A stretch of 64,000 nt of DNA, taken from positions 1 through 64,000 of IMG/VR virus record IMGVR_UViG_3300002461_000323. One strand, given 5' to 3'. Each line of letters begins with the position of its first letter. The first letter of the stretch is position 1. The DNA is from a virus. A program made the position numbers and the translations under genes. Below are positions 35,604-45,614 of this stretch, one piece after another. The notes beneath the pieces are model-generated. The model had not been told where the DNA came from. It worked only from the letters and a program-made list of their open reading frames with translations, and ran no database searches.

Positions 35604-38600
35604 ATGGCAGAAACGACCCTCGACATTCTCCTGCGGGTACGGAACCAGACCGGGGCCGTGCTCTCGCAGGTGTCATCCGATCTGTCGAAGATCAGAACCG
35701 CTCTGGCGAGCACCAGCCAGAACACCAAGCAGACGAACTCTGACTTCCAGCGCCTGTTCTCCACTCTGGCATCCGGCAAGGGTGAGATTCAGGGTGTGGT
35801 CAGCGGATTCCAAGGCCTCGTGGCCTCGCTCGGCGGGCTCGTGCTCGTCAACCAGATCAAAGGGCTGGCGGATGTAGCTGCCCGTACCCAGGTGCTCGGC
35901 ACGGTCCTGAACGAGATCGGGCGGGCCAGTGGCTTCTCTCGTGCAGAGATCGAGAAGTTCGACGCGGCTGTACAGAAGGCCGGTATCACTGCTGGCGCAT
36001 CCCGTCAGACTCTGACCCAGTTCCTCCAAGCTGGCCTCGACCCAGCCAAGGCCGCTGAGCTTGCGCGGGCTGCCCAGAACTTTGCGGTGGTCACCGGTGA
36101 GAACTCCAGTGCTGCGCTCTCCCGGCTGGTGACGAACATCCAGCAGATTGACGTGACCGGCCTGAAGTTCCAGGGCATCATCGTGGACATGACGAAGGTC
36201 ACAGCCGACTTCGCACGAGAGGTTGGCAAGACCCCGCAGGAACTGACCCGCGCTGAACAGCAGACGGCGCTGTTGAACGAGGTGCTGCGCAAGGGCAAGG
36301 AGTCCGGCCAGTTGTACGTCGCGGCAATGGGTGATGTCGGCAAGGCCGTGGGCTCGCTCTCGCGCTTGCAGGAGGAGCTTCAGAACTCACTGGGTGAGAA
36401 GCTGCTGCCCGCGTACAAGGCGCTGGTAGACGAGTTCGGCGTGTTCCTGAAGCAGGCGAAGCTGGTGTCCGACTCAGTGGACGCGAACGGCACGGCTGCT
36501 GAGGCCTTCGGAGAGTCGGTGCGGGCATCCGCACGGTCCCTGCGTGAGTTCGCACTGCTGCTCGTCGAGTACAGCGGTGTGGTCACGACATTCGTGCAGG
36601 CACTGCTTGGGTTCGCCGCGCTCCGGGCAGTCGCGCTGGTCTTCACGTTCATCACCAGTCAATTGGCGTTCCTGGGCCGGGCTCTGGCTACTGCCGGAAC
36701 CGCCATCGGAATCTTCGCTCGTGGCTTCTCGTTCCTGACCGCGCTGGTCTCCGGGGGCACACTCGCACTCTCCGCGCCTTTCCTGCTTGTGCTCGGAGCC
36801 ATCGGCGCTGCAGCCGTGGCCGTGGGCGCGTTCGCTCTCCAGTTTGAGCCGGTTGCCCGTATCGCGAACATCGCGCTGGCATCGATCTCCCTGGCGTACA
36901 ACCGGTTGATCGGAGACTCCGAGGGTGCAGCCGCTGCTTCCGACGCACTGTTCAACGCCGTTACCCGTGCTGGAGACGGCACCGAGGCACGCGCCGCTGC
37001 AGCCGCCAAGCTGATCGAGGTCACCCGCGAGCAAGTGGAGTTGCAGACGACGCTGATCGACCTTGAGAACGCGTTGGTGCAGGCGAACAAGACTGGCACT
37101 GCAGAGCAGCAGAAGACCGCCAAGGCTGCGTTCGATGCAGCGAAGAAGCAGAACGAAGACCTGAACGCTCAGCGGGTGGCGCTCGCCCGTGCTGGGGATG
37201 TCAGTGGGGCCACCCAGGAACTCATCCAGAAGAAGGAAGAGGAAGCTGCGGCCATCCGCAAGATCGAGATCGCGCTTGCCAAAGTCTCGGACGCTGGCAT
37301 CAAGGCACGTGAAGAGCTTGGCATCCCCGCTGGTCTGGGTGACAGCCTGCGTGCGGACGTGATCACCGCTGAGTTCGGGAAGGCCGCAGGCGCGTTCAAG
37401 AACCTGGTGGCCTCTTTCGACGCCGACCAGAAGGTGTACGCTGCGAACGTCAAGAAGTTCCAGGCAGACCTTGAGAAAGAGGGCGTTGCACCAACCGAAG
37501 CGCTGGTTCAGGCCACTCAGAAGGCTCGGGATGCCGTGCGGTTCTCGGTCAACGATCTGCGCATCGGAGTGCAATCGATTGCAGACGCTGCCAAAGCACC
37601 GGATGAGATCGCCGCTGCGATTGACCTGATCGTCAACGCTGCTGGCCGTGCGGTCACGAGTGTGGACGAACTCAAGCGCACCCTGGAGTTCCGGCTGGAG
37701 GCAGAGAGCCTGCGCCGGGTAGAGCAGAACATGCAGGGCTACAGCGAGGCCACGAAGGAGGCCCAGACCGCGCTCACGCTCCTGCGGACGGTCACCGACG
37801 ACCAGGCACGGGCCACGCTCGATCTCAGCCAGGCGTACGCGGACGTGGGTGTCAGCGCTGGCCGGGTGTTCGAGAACCTTTCGTTCGCCGGTCGCTCGGG
37901 CATCCGCAGCCTTGTGGACGGGTTCACCGGTCTGCGGTCCACCGTGGCCGAGACCAGCCGGATTGTCGATCAGGGCACCCGGCAGCAGCTTGCATCCGCG
38001 AACGGCACGTTTCAAGAGAGCCTGCGGTTGCTGGCCGACAGCGAGCGGCGCAAGCGTGAACTCGCCCAGCAGACGGTCGGAGGCAGCCAGACGTTCGCGG
38101 CGGCCCTGCGTGCGATCGAGGAGCAGTCCGTGCGCGAGCGCGTGACCATCAACCAGACCTACTACTCCCGCTTGAAAGAGCTTCGGGACAACGCGCTGTC
38201 GCAGTTCAAGACGTTCGCGAACACGATCAAGGGTCTTGACGAGGAGATTTTCCAGAACGGTGTCAACCGTGAGAAGAGCCTGCGCGACCTCAAGCGTCAA
38301 GGGCTGACCGAGGAGCAGCAGTTCGCCGACCGCCTTCTGGAGATCGACCAGCTTGCCGGGGCCGAGCGTCTGGCGATCTCGAACAAGCAGTTCGACCTGG
38401 CAAAGCAGTTGAACCAGCAGCGGATTCAGGCGGCATCCCAGCTTGCGAACTCGGGCGGTGTGCCACAGGAGGTTGCGCTTGCACGTGCGACCGAGGCCAC
38501 GAACAAGGCGTACACGGACCGTGACTCGCTCCTGCGCGGCATCCGTACCGAGACCGACAAGGCAGCCCGCACTCAATTGCAGACGTACGAGGAACTGGGC

Positions 38601-39170
38601 AAGGAGATCGGCAAGGTCGCTGAGACCCTGGCTGGTCTGGCGGGCGAGCAGCTTGCGAAGGTGAAGTTCGAAGTCGGTGCAGGCGAGACCGAGAAGCTGT
38701 TGGCAGCCCTTCAGCAGCAGTTCGACCGCAACCCGCTGCGCGTGACCTTCCAGGGCCAGGTGAACGGCCAGACGACGACCGTGCAGCGGTTCGCCAGCGG
38801 TGGCGGCGTCCAGGGCTCGGGCACGGATACGAGCGACAACATCCCAGCCTGGCTGTCGCCCGGTGAGTGGGTGTCCCGTGCCAAGGCCGTGCGGTATTAC
38901 GGTGCCGAGGTGTTCCGTCGGCTGAACAACATGACGCTCCCGCGCTCGGCTCTGCGTCTGGCTACCGGTGGTCTGGTGCCTGCGGGTGTGGGCATGCCGG
39001 TGTTCGGCGGAAGCTCCCGTGGCCCATCAGAAGGCGGCGAGACCACGAACACCCCCCGCCGTGACATCGTGGACGTGAACCTGAACATCGGCGGACGCCG
39101 TGTCAGCCTGTACGGTGAGCGCCAGCAGGCGACCGCGCTCGTTGACGCACTCGCCCAAACGAAAGTCTGA
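35604..39170 (+). CDS. tail tape measure protein
   Basis: 1188 aa, Ala-rich helical, central hydrophobic block, C-terminal FASGGGV..GTDTSDNIPAWLSPGEWV. Confidence 0.9.
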   Translation: MAETTLDILLRVRNQTGAVLSQVSSDLSKIRTALASTSQNTKQTNSDFQRLFSTLASGKGEIQGVVSGFQGLVASLGGLVLVNQIKGLADVAARTQVLGTVLNEIGRASGFSRAEIEKFDAAVQKAGITAGASRQTLTQFLQAGLDPAKAAELARAAQNFAVVTGENSSAALSRLVTNIQQIDVTGLKFQGIIVDMTKVTADFAREVGKTPQELTRAEQQTALLNEVLRKGKESGQLYVAAMGDVGKAVGSLSRLQEELQNSLGEKLLPAYKALVDEFGVFLKQAKLVSDSVDANGTAAEAFGESVRASARSLREFALLLVEYSGVVTTFVQALLGFAALRAVALVFTFITSQLAFLGRALATAGTAIGIFARGFSFLTALVSGGTLALSAPFLLVLGAIGAAAVAVGAFALQFEPVARIANIALASISLAYNRLIGDSEGAAAASDALFNAVTRAGDGTEARAAAAAKLIEVTREQVELQTTLIDLENALVQANKTGTAEQQKTAKAAFDAAKKQNEDLNAQRVALARAGDVSGATQELIQKKEEEAAAIRKIEIALAKVSDAGIKAREELGIPAGLGDSLRADVITAEFGKAAGAFKNLVASFDADQKVYAANVKKFQADLEKEGVAPTEALVQATQKARDAVRFSVNDLRIGVQSIADAAKAPDEIAAAIDLIVNAAGRAVTSVDELKRTLEFRLEAESLRRVEQNMQGYSEATKEAQTALTLLRTVTDDQARATLDLSQAYADVGVSAGRVFENLSFAGRSGIRSLVDGFTGLRSTVAETSRIVDQGTRQQLASANGTFQESLRLLADSERRKRELAQQTVGGSQTFAAALRAIEEQSVRERVTINQTYYSRLKELRDNALSQFKTFANTIKGLDEEIFQNGVNREKSLRDLKRQGLTEEQQFADRLLEIDQLAGAERLAISNKQFDLAKQLNQQRIQAASQLANSGGVPQEVALARATEATNKAYTDRDSLLRGIRTETDKAARTQLQTYEELGKEIGKVAETLAGLAGEQLAKVKFEVGAGETEKLLAALQQQFDRNPLRVTFQGQVNGQTTTVQRFASGGGVQGSGTDTSDNIPAWLSPGEWVSRAKAVRYYGAEVFRRLNNMTLPRSALRLATGGLVPAGVGMPVFGGSSRGPSEGGETTNTPRRDIVDVNLNIGGRRVSLYGERQQATALVDALAQTKV

Positions 39171-39172
39171 AC

Positions 39173-39562
39173 ATGCCGCTTACCCTCGGATCATTGACCC
39201 TCGCAGACGGCCTTGTCTGGGCTGAGGAGTTCCAGTACACCGGGATCGTCCAGGAGGTCCGGCAGTCGCTGGGTGGACGACCACAGGTGTACTCGGGGAC
39301 GATCACCGGACCGATGCCGATCACGCTCACGAGCTTGGACGACCAAGGCTGGCAGACGATCGCTGTTGCCCGGGAACTGCAGGCTATGGCAAAATCCCTT
39401 GGACAGTTCACGCTCGTGCTCGGCAGCCGGAGTTTTCCGGTCGAGTTCAGGCACTCCGACCAACCGGTGCTGCAGGTCACGCCGTTGATCCCTCGAACAG
39501 ACCCTGATGACGAAGATTACTGCACGGTCGTCATCAAGCTGGTCTGCTATTCCCCACCCTAA
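39173..39562 (+). CDS. putative distal tail protein
   Basis: Directly after tape measure; LVWAEEF, PITL, GW pattern. Confidence 0.55.
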   Translation: MPLTLGSLTLADGLVWAEEFQYTGIVQEVRQSLGGRPQVYSGTITGPMPITLTSLDDQGWQTIAVARELQAMAKSLGQFTLVLGSRSFPVEFRHSDQPVLQVTPLIPRTDPDDEDYCTVVIKLVCYSPP

Positions 39563-39571
39563 GGAGCTTTC

Positions 39572-40573
39572 ATGAGCATTCAAACTTCCGAGATCATCTG
39601 GCGTCGTCCGACCGAGGTGTCCGATGCCCCCACCAACGGTGGCCGCATGGGCTCGGTCTCGATCATCAGCGGGGTCAAGAACTCGCTGTTCCCGAGCGCC
39701 AGCCAGGCCGAGCGTACTGCCGGTTCCACGAAGTATCGCAAGGCGTTCGCGCACATCGCAAACGACGACACGCTGGCACTGCTCGAAGGCAAGGTCTTCC
39801 TCACGCGTCCGACGCCCGGCGATGACCGGGTGACGATCTTCCCGGGTACCCAGTTGGACACCCAGGCATCGATCACCGGTGCTGAGGGCCAGTACGGGAT
39901 CGGCACGTTGAACGCGAACGCGAACATCGGTCAGACGACGATGGCCGTGTTGGTTGAGAACGCGGCTGACAACATCTTCCGTACGGGCATGGTCGTGCGC
40001 GTGAGCGACCGCCAGACGATCGACGGCGCAGGGAATGAACAGTTCCTGACGCTCTCTGGCAACGCCACGTACGTGGGCAACGTCGCGACCTTGACGTTCA
40101 CGACCACGCCCCTGCAGTTCAACTTCCTGGCGGCTACCCCGACGTACGTGAGTTCGTGCATCACCGACGCCGTGGTCGAGGCCGAGGTCGTGGACTACGC
40201 TGAAGTCACGGGTACCGGCACGTACGACGAACTGGGCTCTCCGATCCAGCCCCACGGCATCGGTTCGATCGAACAACTGTGGACACTCACGTTCACCTCC
40301 AGCACGGTGTTCACGATCGTCGGAGACACCGTGGGATCACTGGGCACCGGCAACGTGAGCACGAACACCGTACCATCCAACCCCGCGTACTCCAAGCCGT
40401 ACTTCACGCTGTTGAGCGCGGGCTTCGGCGGCTCCTGGGCACCCGGGAATACCATCCAGTTCCGCACCCACCCTGCGGCCATCCCGGTCTGGCACAAGCG
40501 GGTGATCCCTGCGGCTGCCAACAGCTTGAGCGCTAACTTCACCCGAGTGGGTGTGGACGGTGAGAGCGAATGA
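39572..40573 (+). CDS. tail-associated structural protein
   Basis: AAGGAG RBS; NSLFP...AERTAGSTKYRKAF block shared with 44085 and 45615. Confidence 0.65.
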   Translation: MSIQTSEIIWRRPTEVSDAPTNGGRMGSVSIISGVKNSLFPSASQAERTAGSTKYRKAFAHIANDDTLALLEGKVFLTRPTPGDDRVTIFPGTQLDTQASITGAEGQYGIGTLNANANIGQTTMAVLVENAADNIFRTGMVVRVSDRQTIDGAGNEQFLTLSGNATYVGNVATLTFTTTPLQFNFLAATPTYVSSCITDAVVEAEVVDYAEVTGTGTYDELGSPIQPHGIGSIEQLWTLTFTSSTVFTIVGDTVGSLGTGNVSTNTVPSNPAYSKPYFTLLSAGFGGSWAPGNTIQFRTHPAAIPVWHKRVIPAAANSLSANFTRVGVDGESE

Positions 40574-41760
40574 CCGCCCCGGTGATCACGAACGTCCTGA
40601 CCTCGTACGCGAATGAACAACAGTACGAGCAGGGCGTTCTCAGGCTTGAAGAGGACCCGCTTCCTGCGGCCTACGGACAGGCGCTGATCCGCCTGTACTT
40701 CAAGGGGACTATGCCGAGCCTGCTGAGCACCAGCGGGTTCCCGGTGAACACCGTGATCACGAACGTCACCTCCGAACACCAGGAGGTGTTGTTCTTTCAG
40801 GGGTCCAACACTGCGGCGTTCTCCCGCCCGGTGGTCAGCCAGGCACGGGTCAGCCAGGTCGGACGCTTCCTTGATCTCCAAGGACGGCTGATCCCCTCGG
40901 TGAACCTGACGGTCAATGAACTCACCGGCCAGGTGGTCGCCAACCAACCGTGTTACGGGACGGTCCAGACGACCTACCGGAGCACGTACACGCGCCTCCA
41001 GTGTGCGTACCAACGACTGCTCGACCCCGCGCTCAGCAAGTCCGATTTCAGCCCGATGCTGATCGTCGCTTTCAACTCGCTGGGCACTCGCGCCTCCCTC
41101 GCGTTAGAGCCCCCGGACAGGCTCACCGGTGGAGGGTACAACGGGTTCGACCGTACCTCCGGAGAGCAGTTGATCATCGAACTCGACCCGAAGTTCCCGG
41201 TGAGCCTGTCCCACAACGACGCTCGATCACGTCTAACTGCGGTCGCCCGGTTTTTCGTGTATTCGTACGGTGATTCCGTGGCCCTCACCTGTACTCAGGG
41301 CTCGATCACGAATACCACCAGAGCAGAGACGCTAGAAATGACTGAGGGTATCTCCTTCAGTGGCAGCCAGAGTACGTCCGTCAAGTACCCGCCAATCCGT
41401 GGAATCTCGGTAACCGCTCAAGGGAGCTTCCAGAGTAAGTTCGGCCCACCATTCAGTCCGAGGTTCGTAGTCGGCCCAGGGATCGTGACCACCGTTGATT
41501 GGATAGGGTATCAACAGTACCGCCTGACCGGTAACCGGGATGTGCAAGCGAATGAGGTGGCGGTGACCACCGGTGGGAGCATCCTCATCCCCTCGACCGG
41601 TCTAGCACGGGCCAGGTACTCCACCCGTAGAGCCTCGTACACCCTGCGGTGGACACGCCCTGCCAACGACTGGTTCGCTCCGGTGGTTGTCTTGGCCTCC
41701 GATAGCCAGGGACGTACGGGCACGACCACGATCAACCCACCAACGCGCCGAGGTGTCTGA
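40570..41760 (+). CDS. tail-associated structural protein
   Basis: 396 aa, coupled, beta-rich. Confidence 0.6.
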   Translation: MTAPVITNVLTSYANEQQYEQGVLRLEEDPLPAAYGQALIRLYFKGTMPSLLSTSGFPVNTVITNVTSEHQEVLFFQGSNTAAFSRPVVSQARVSQVGRFLDLQGRLIPSVNLTVNELTGQVVANQPCYGTVQTTYRSTYTRLQCAYQRLLDPALSKSDFSPMLIVAFNSLGTRASLALEPPDRLTGGGYNGFDRTSGEQLIIELDPKFPVSLSHNDARSRLTAVARFFVYSYGDSVALTCTQGSITNTTRAETLEMTEGISFSGSQSTSVKYPPIRGISVTAQGSFQSKFGPPFSPRFVVGPGIVTTVDWIGYQQYRLTGNRDVQANEVAVTTGGSILIPSTGLARARYSTRRASYTLRWTRPANDWFAPVVVLASDSQGRTGTTTINPPTRRGV

Positions 41761-42152
41761 TGGAAATGCTGTACCGCACGTACCAGGAGTACGCACGGGT
41801 TGTCGAGGAGGTGGCGGCCACTGAGGACGGAGTGTTCAAGAAGGACCGTACACCCGAGACCTACGGTGGGGCCGTGCTGAAGCTGCAGATCGTCCACGAG
41901 ATTCAGATGGTGGACGCGGGCGGGCGGATGGAGTTTCTGAAGTTCGAGAACCCTGAGCCGAAGAACAAGGACGAGACGAGCACCCCCGGGCAGATCGTGA
42001 AGGACGGCCAAGTGCAGTTCGCTGGCTCTGGTGGTGACCCGCGCACGTGGACAACCATCGTCAACAGCAAGCTCAGCAACCGCCTGAAGGCACTCGCAGC
42101 CGAGACCGTGGCCCTCCGAGAAGAAGACGGCACAGCCGGGTCCGAGGTCTGA
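41760..42152 (+). CDS. hypothetical protein (tail region)
   Basis: TGATG coupling; GAGG RBS. Confidence 0.6.
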   Translation: MEMLYRTYQEYARVVEEVAATEDGVFKKDRTPETYGGAVLKLQIVHEIQMVDAGGRMEFLKFENPEPKNKDETSTPGQIVKDGQVQFAGSGGDPRTWTTIVNSKLSNRLKALAAETVALREEDGTAGSEV

Positions 42153-42153
42153 C

Positions 42154-44073
42154 ATGGTGGACAACGCGATCTCCCCGTTCTCACGGCCACTCTCGTACGA
42201 GGGTCCGGACAACAGCGGCTTCCTCGGGGCTCCCAAGGCCAACCAGTTCGCCCAGCCATGGGGTGAGCCGTTCGAGGACGCCCAGGGCAATCCAATCAAC
42301 CCGGGTACCCAGGGCGGCCCGAACTTCCGTGCGAGCATCCAGAAGACCAAGGGCAAGTGGGGCAAGCGCCAGACCAAGGAGGTCCAGGATGTCGGGAACA
42401 TCAGTTGGTACGGCAAGCCGCTGTCCACGAAGCCGGACGCCCGGAAGATGATCCTGAGCTTCAACGGACCTACCAGCCGGTACTTCCAAGAGGAGTTCTC
42501 GTACGGCAGCACTCAGGCACACAGGGAGGTCTACCGTGAGGGTGGTCTGGTGGGAATCGCCCCTGGCCCGGTGCTCGGCGCGGCCGTGCAATCAATTGCA
42601 GTCGGCAGCCCGCCCGAACCCACGGACCACCTGAACGTCGTCTGCCTGTACAACGGTCAAGAGTTGCTCATGCGCAGGCCGCTGAAAGGCCCGTACTACC
42701 GTGCGAAGTTCGGTGAGAAGACCGAGCAGCGGCTGTCGGAGTTCAAGAGCCTGACCAACCCCGATGGCTGGGTGACTGTCGGCCAGATCACGATCTCCAA
42801 CGACTACGACCAGGCGAAGACCCCGTGGTTCTTTAACGAGAGCGGGACTGAGGCCCAGTGCATCCGCATGCGCGAGAAGCAGGGTCTGGACCGCAACGGT
42901 GCACCTGTGCCTGAGCGTGCGGGTGACCGGTTCAAGATCACGGTCGGACCATCGAACGTCAGCCTCAGCCCCGAAGGCAATGAGCCGTCGTTCGAGTTCA
43001 AGGAAGACGGCGAGTCGTTGGCGCTCCCGAACTTCACCAGCCCGATCGACCAGTTCGGGTTCACTCACAGTTGGTACGAGCACCGAGTGACCTTCAACTC
43101 GAAGATGACGGGCAAGCAGGTGGTGGCAGTCGATTACATCGGAGACACCGAAGTGCTGGTGTACGCGGTGATGGACGTTGACTACCAACTGACCAAGGAC
43201 TACATGAAGGGCCGGGACAACGAGACCGACGGCGGCATCCAGAAGGGGCCGTACGACAACCGGGGCTCGTACTCGAACCCGCAGGAACTCGGGGCTGACA
43301 AGATCAACTTCTCGGTCGGCGACCACCTGGCGCGGACCTGGTACGGCGGGAGTGCGAGCCTGACGCTGGAGTTCGAGGTCGAGGGTGTCGAGTACGTGAT
43401 TCCCCTGGAGTTCACGACCGGCCTGACATCCGATCAGTACGATGGCCGCCCGTACACACCGCCCAATCGAGACCTGTTCTACCGGGAGTACGTGATCCAG
43501 TACCCTCGGTTCTTGGACGTCCGGGGCGGCGGGATGTTCGTCAGCCGCCTGTACCAGTTCAAGGACTTCGTGGTCCAGGGGCGGAAGTCCGAGGCCGAGA
43601 GCGAGACCGTGGACTTGGACTTCGCCGACAACCAGACCAACATCTACCTGCCGGGGGCTGACAAGTGGACAGCCAGCTTCTACTCCCCGCCGAACCCGCT
43701 GAACAACAACGCAGCCAGTTGGAACGAGGTGAAGGCGTACCCGGCCGCTCCTTGGACCTGGGCGACCAAGACGTTCATCGGCAAGCGGCCGACCGAGAAC
43801 GACACGGGGATTGTCGGCAAGATTCCGTTCAAGACTTGGTTTGAGCCCACTCAGACGGTGCTCTACAATAGCTGGTACGGCCTGACCCTGCTCTACCACG
43901 ACAAGTTCACGACCGACTGCGGGTTCGCACACCGGGAAGACGGCTCGTACATCGTTAGCGGAGTGTTCGTTGACCCGGACACCAAGGCGTTGAAAGAGGC
44001 CATGCGGAGTCAGCCATTCGACGCCAAGGGCCTCACCAGCGGACAAACCTACCACCCCCTGGGTGAAATGTAA
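42154..44073 (+). CDS. large tail-region protein
   Basis: 639 aa; GAGG RBS; genome-typical codon usage. Confidence 0.65.
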   Translation: MVDNAISPFSRPLSYEGPDNSGFLGAPKANQFAQPWGEPFEDAQGNPINPGTQGGPNFRASIQKTKGKWGKRQTKEVQDVGNISWYGKPLSTKPDARKMILSFNGPTSRYFQEEFSYGSTQAHREVYREGGLVGIAPGPVLGAAVQSIAVGSPPEPTDHLNVVCLYNGQELLMRRPLKGPYYRAKFGEKTEQRLSEFKSLTNPDGWVTVGQITISNDYDQAKTPWFFNESGTEAQCIRMREKQGLDRNGAPVPERAGDRFKITVGPSNVSLSPEGNEPSFEFKEDGESLALPNFTSPIDQFGFTHSWYEHRVTFNSKMTGKQVVAVDYIGDTEVLVYAVMDVDYQLTKDYMKGRDNETDGGIQKGPYDNRGSYSNPQELGADKINFSVGDHLARTWYGGSASLTLEFEVEGVEYVIPLEFTTGLTSDQYDGRPYTPPNRDLFYREYVIQYPRFLDVRGGGMFVSRLYQFKDFVVQGRKSEAESETVDLDFADNQTNIYLPGADKWTASFYSPPNPLNNNAASWNEVKAYPAAPWTWATKTFIGKRPTENDTGIVGKIPFKTWFEPTQTVLYNSWYGLTLLYHDKFTTDCGFAHREDGSYIVSGVFVDPDTKALKEAMRSQPFDAKGLTSGQTYHPLGEM

Positions 44074-44084
44074 GAAAGACGATC

Positions 44085-44855
44085 ATGCCGATTACCAGTT
44101 CAGACGTCGCGTTCAAGCGCAGCACCCACACGGTGAGCACGATCCAGGGCCTCGGCGGTCCGATCGGTACCCAGATTTTCTCGCAGTCGGCGAGTGTCGC
44201 GGGGATTGTCACGGGCGTGGCCATCCAGAGCGCGAGCAACAACACCCCGGGCCTCGGACAACTCTCGTACAACCCGAGCAACCAGTTGCTGGCCTGGCAG
44301 CCGCCGACGAAGACCACGTTCTCCGGGATCATCATCACCGGCAGCGGCACGTACACGATCGGCAACGTCGATGGCTTCATCACCGTGGTTGTGACGTTCG
44401 CCAGCCTGCCGTCCGTGTACAAGGTGGAGACGATCACGATCTCGAACGGGATCAACAACGTGTTCGACGACATCAACCCCGCACAGGCGTTGATCGGGCA
44501 AACCGACTACCGGTGCCTGTACTTCCAGAACAATCACCCTTCGCTGACCGCCAGCGACATCCGGCTGTTCGTCAGCGGGCCGCCCGCGCTTCCGCACGTG
44601 TTCGCCATCGGCCTCGACCCCGCAGGCCCAGGCAACGGCACGAGCACGGGTGTCGCACAGACGATCGCGGGTAAGACGATCGCCCCCACGGGAGTGGTGT
44701 TCACGGCCCCGCTGTTGGCCTCCAGTGGACTGTTCCTTGGCTCACTCGGACCCGGGCAGGCGATCGCGTTCTGGGAACGACGAACGATCCCCGCAGACTC
44801 CTTCGGGCTGATCCTGCTGGTGACCGCGAGCGTCGGCGTGGCGCTGATCGGGTGA
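44085..44855 (+). CDS. tail-associated structural protein
   Basis: NNVFDDI...GQTDYRCLYFQN...AFWERR; paralogous blocks with 39572 and 45615. Confidence 0.65.
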   Translation: MPITSSDVAFKRSTHTVSTIQGLGGPIGTQIFSQSASVAGIVTGVAIQSASNNTPGLGQLSYNPSNQLLAWQPPTKTTFSGIIITGSGTYTIGNVDGFITVVVTFASLPSVYKVETITISNGINNVFDDINPAQALIGQTDYRCLYFQNNHPSLTASDIRLFVSGPPALPHVFAIGLDPAGPGNGTSTGVAQTIAGKTIAPTGVVFTAPLLASSGLFLGSLGPGQAIAFWERRTIPADSFGLILLVTASVGVALIG

Positions 44856-44858
44856 CGT

Positions 44859-45359
44859 ATGCCCGGACGTCTTAGCCCGTGGTTGATCAACGGCTGCATC
44901 GACACGATTCTCCGGAGCGAGTTCGTAGGCGGCCCAGCGGTGTTCGGCAACGACTGGTACCTGAGCCTGTTGGTTGAGAGCCCAGACCCGTACATGGGGC
45001 CGTTCGACCAGTTCTTCATCTACCCACGGGCAACCGAAGTCGTGTACACCGGGTACGCACGCCAGCGGGCCAACCAGTTGAACACCAGTTGGAGGCGCAC
45101 AGACGGTGACAACGGCACTGCGGCGTCCTCAGGCACCACCGGCGAGACATCGGTGGGCAACCGCCTGTACTACCCGCTGTGCACGACCTCCACCCAGGTG
45201 ATCACCCACGTGGGGTTGATGGGCAGCAACATCATCGACCCGGACTTCAACTACTGCTACGGGTACTTCACGCTCCAGTTCCCGATCCAACTCCAGAACG
45301 CGGCCCCAGGCTTCTACCCGGTGATCGCTCAGGATGCGTTGAAAGTCAAATTCGCCTAA
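44859..45359 (+). CDS. fibre-associated small structural protein (divergent paralog)
   Basis: TEV.Y.GYARQ...ASSGTTGETS pattern shared with 58712 and 59959. Confidence 0.55.
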   Translation: MPGRLSPWLINGCIDTILRSEFVGGPAVFGNDWYLSLLVESPDPYMGPFDQFFIYPRATEVVYTGYARQRANQLNTSWRRTDGDNGTAASSGTTGETSVGNRLYYPLCTTSTQVITHVGLMGSNIIDPDFNYCYGYFTLQFPIQLQNAAPGFYPVIAQDALKVKFA

Positions 45360-45363
45360 GACC

Positions 45364-45612
45364 ATGATCAGCACGAACGACCCGAGCGTACGCGCAGAAG
45401 AACAACTACCAGGGTACGCACGGTACCGGAGCCTGGGCGGCCGTCGATGGGAGGTCTTCGGACAGTGCGTTGGCACGGGACACTGTGCGGGAGACGGCAG
45501 CCAGAAGGTGGACACGACGGTCGTACGCACGCCCGAGACCAGGCCCTGTGATGCCTGCAAGATCGAGTTCCGTGACCTCCCTCCTGCGGCCTCCAGAACC
45601 TCCTGGGACTGA
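45364..45612 (+). CDS. small Cys-containing hypothetical protein
   Basis: 82 aa filling the gap; CVGTGHC and CDAC. Confidence 0.5.
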   Translation: MISTNDPSVRAEEQLPGYARYRSLGGRRWEVFGQCVGTGHCAGDGSQKVDTTVVRTPETRPCDACKIEFRDLPPAASRTSWD

Positions 45613-45614
45613 GC

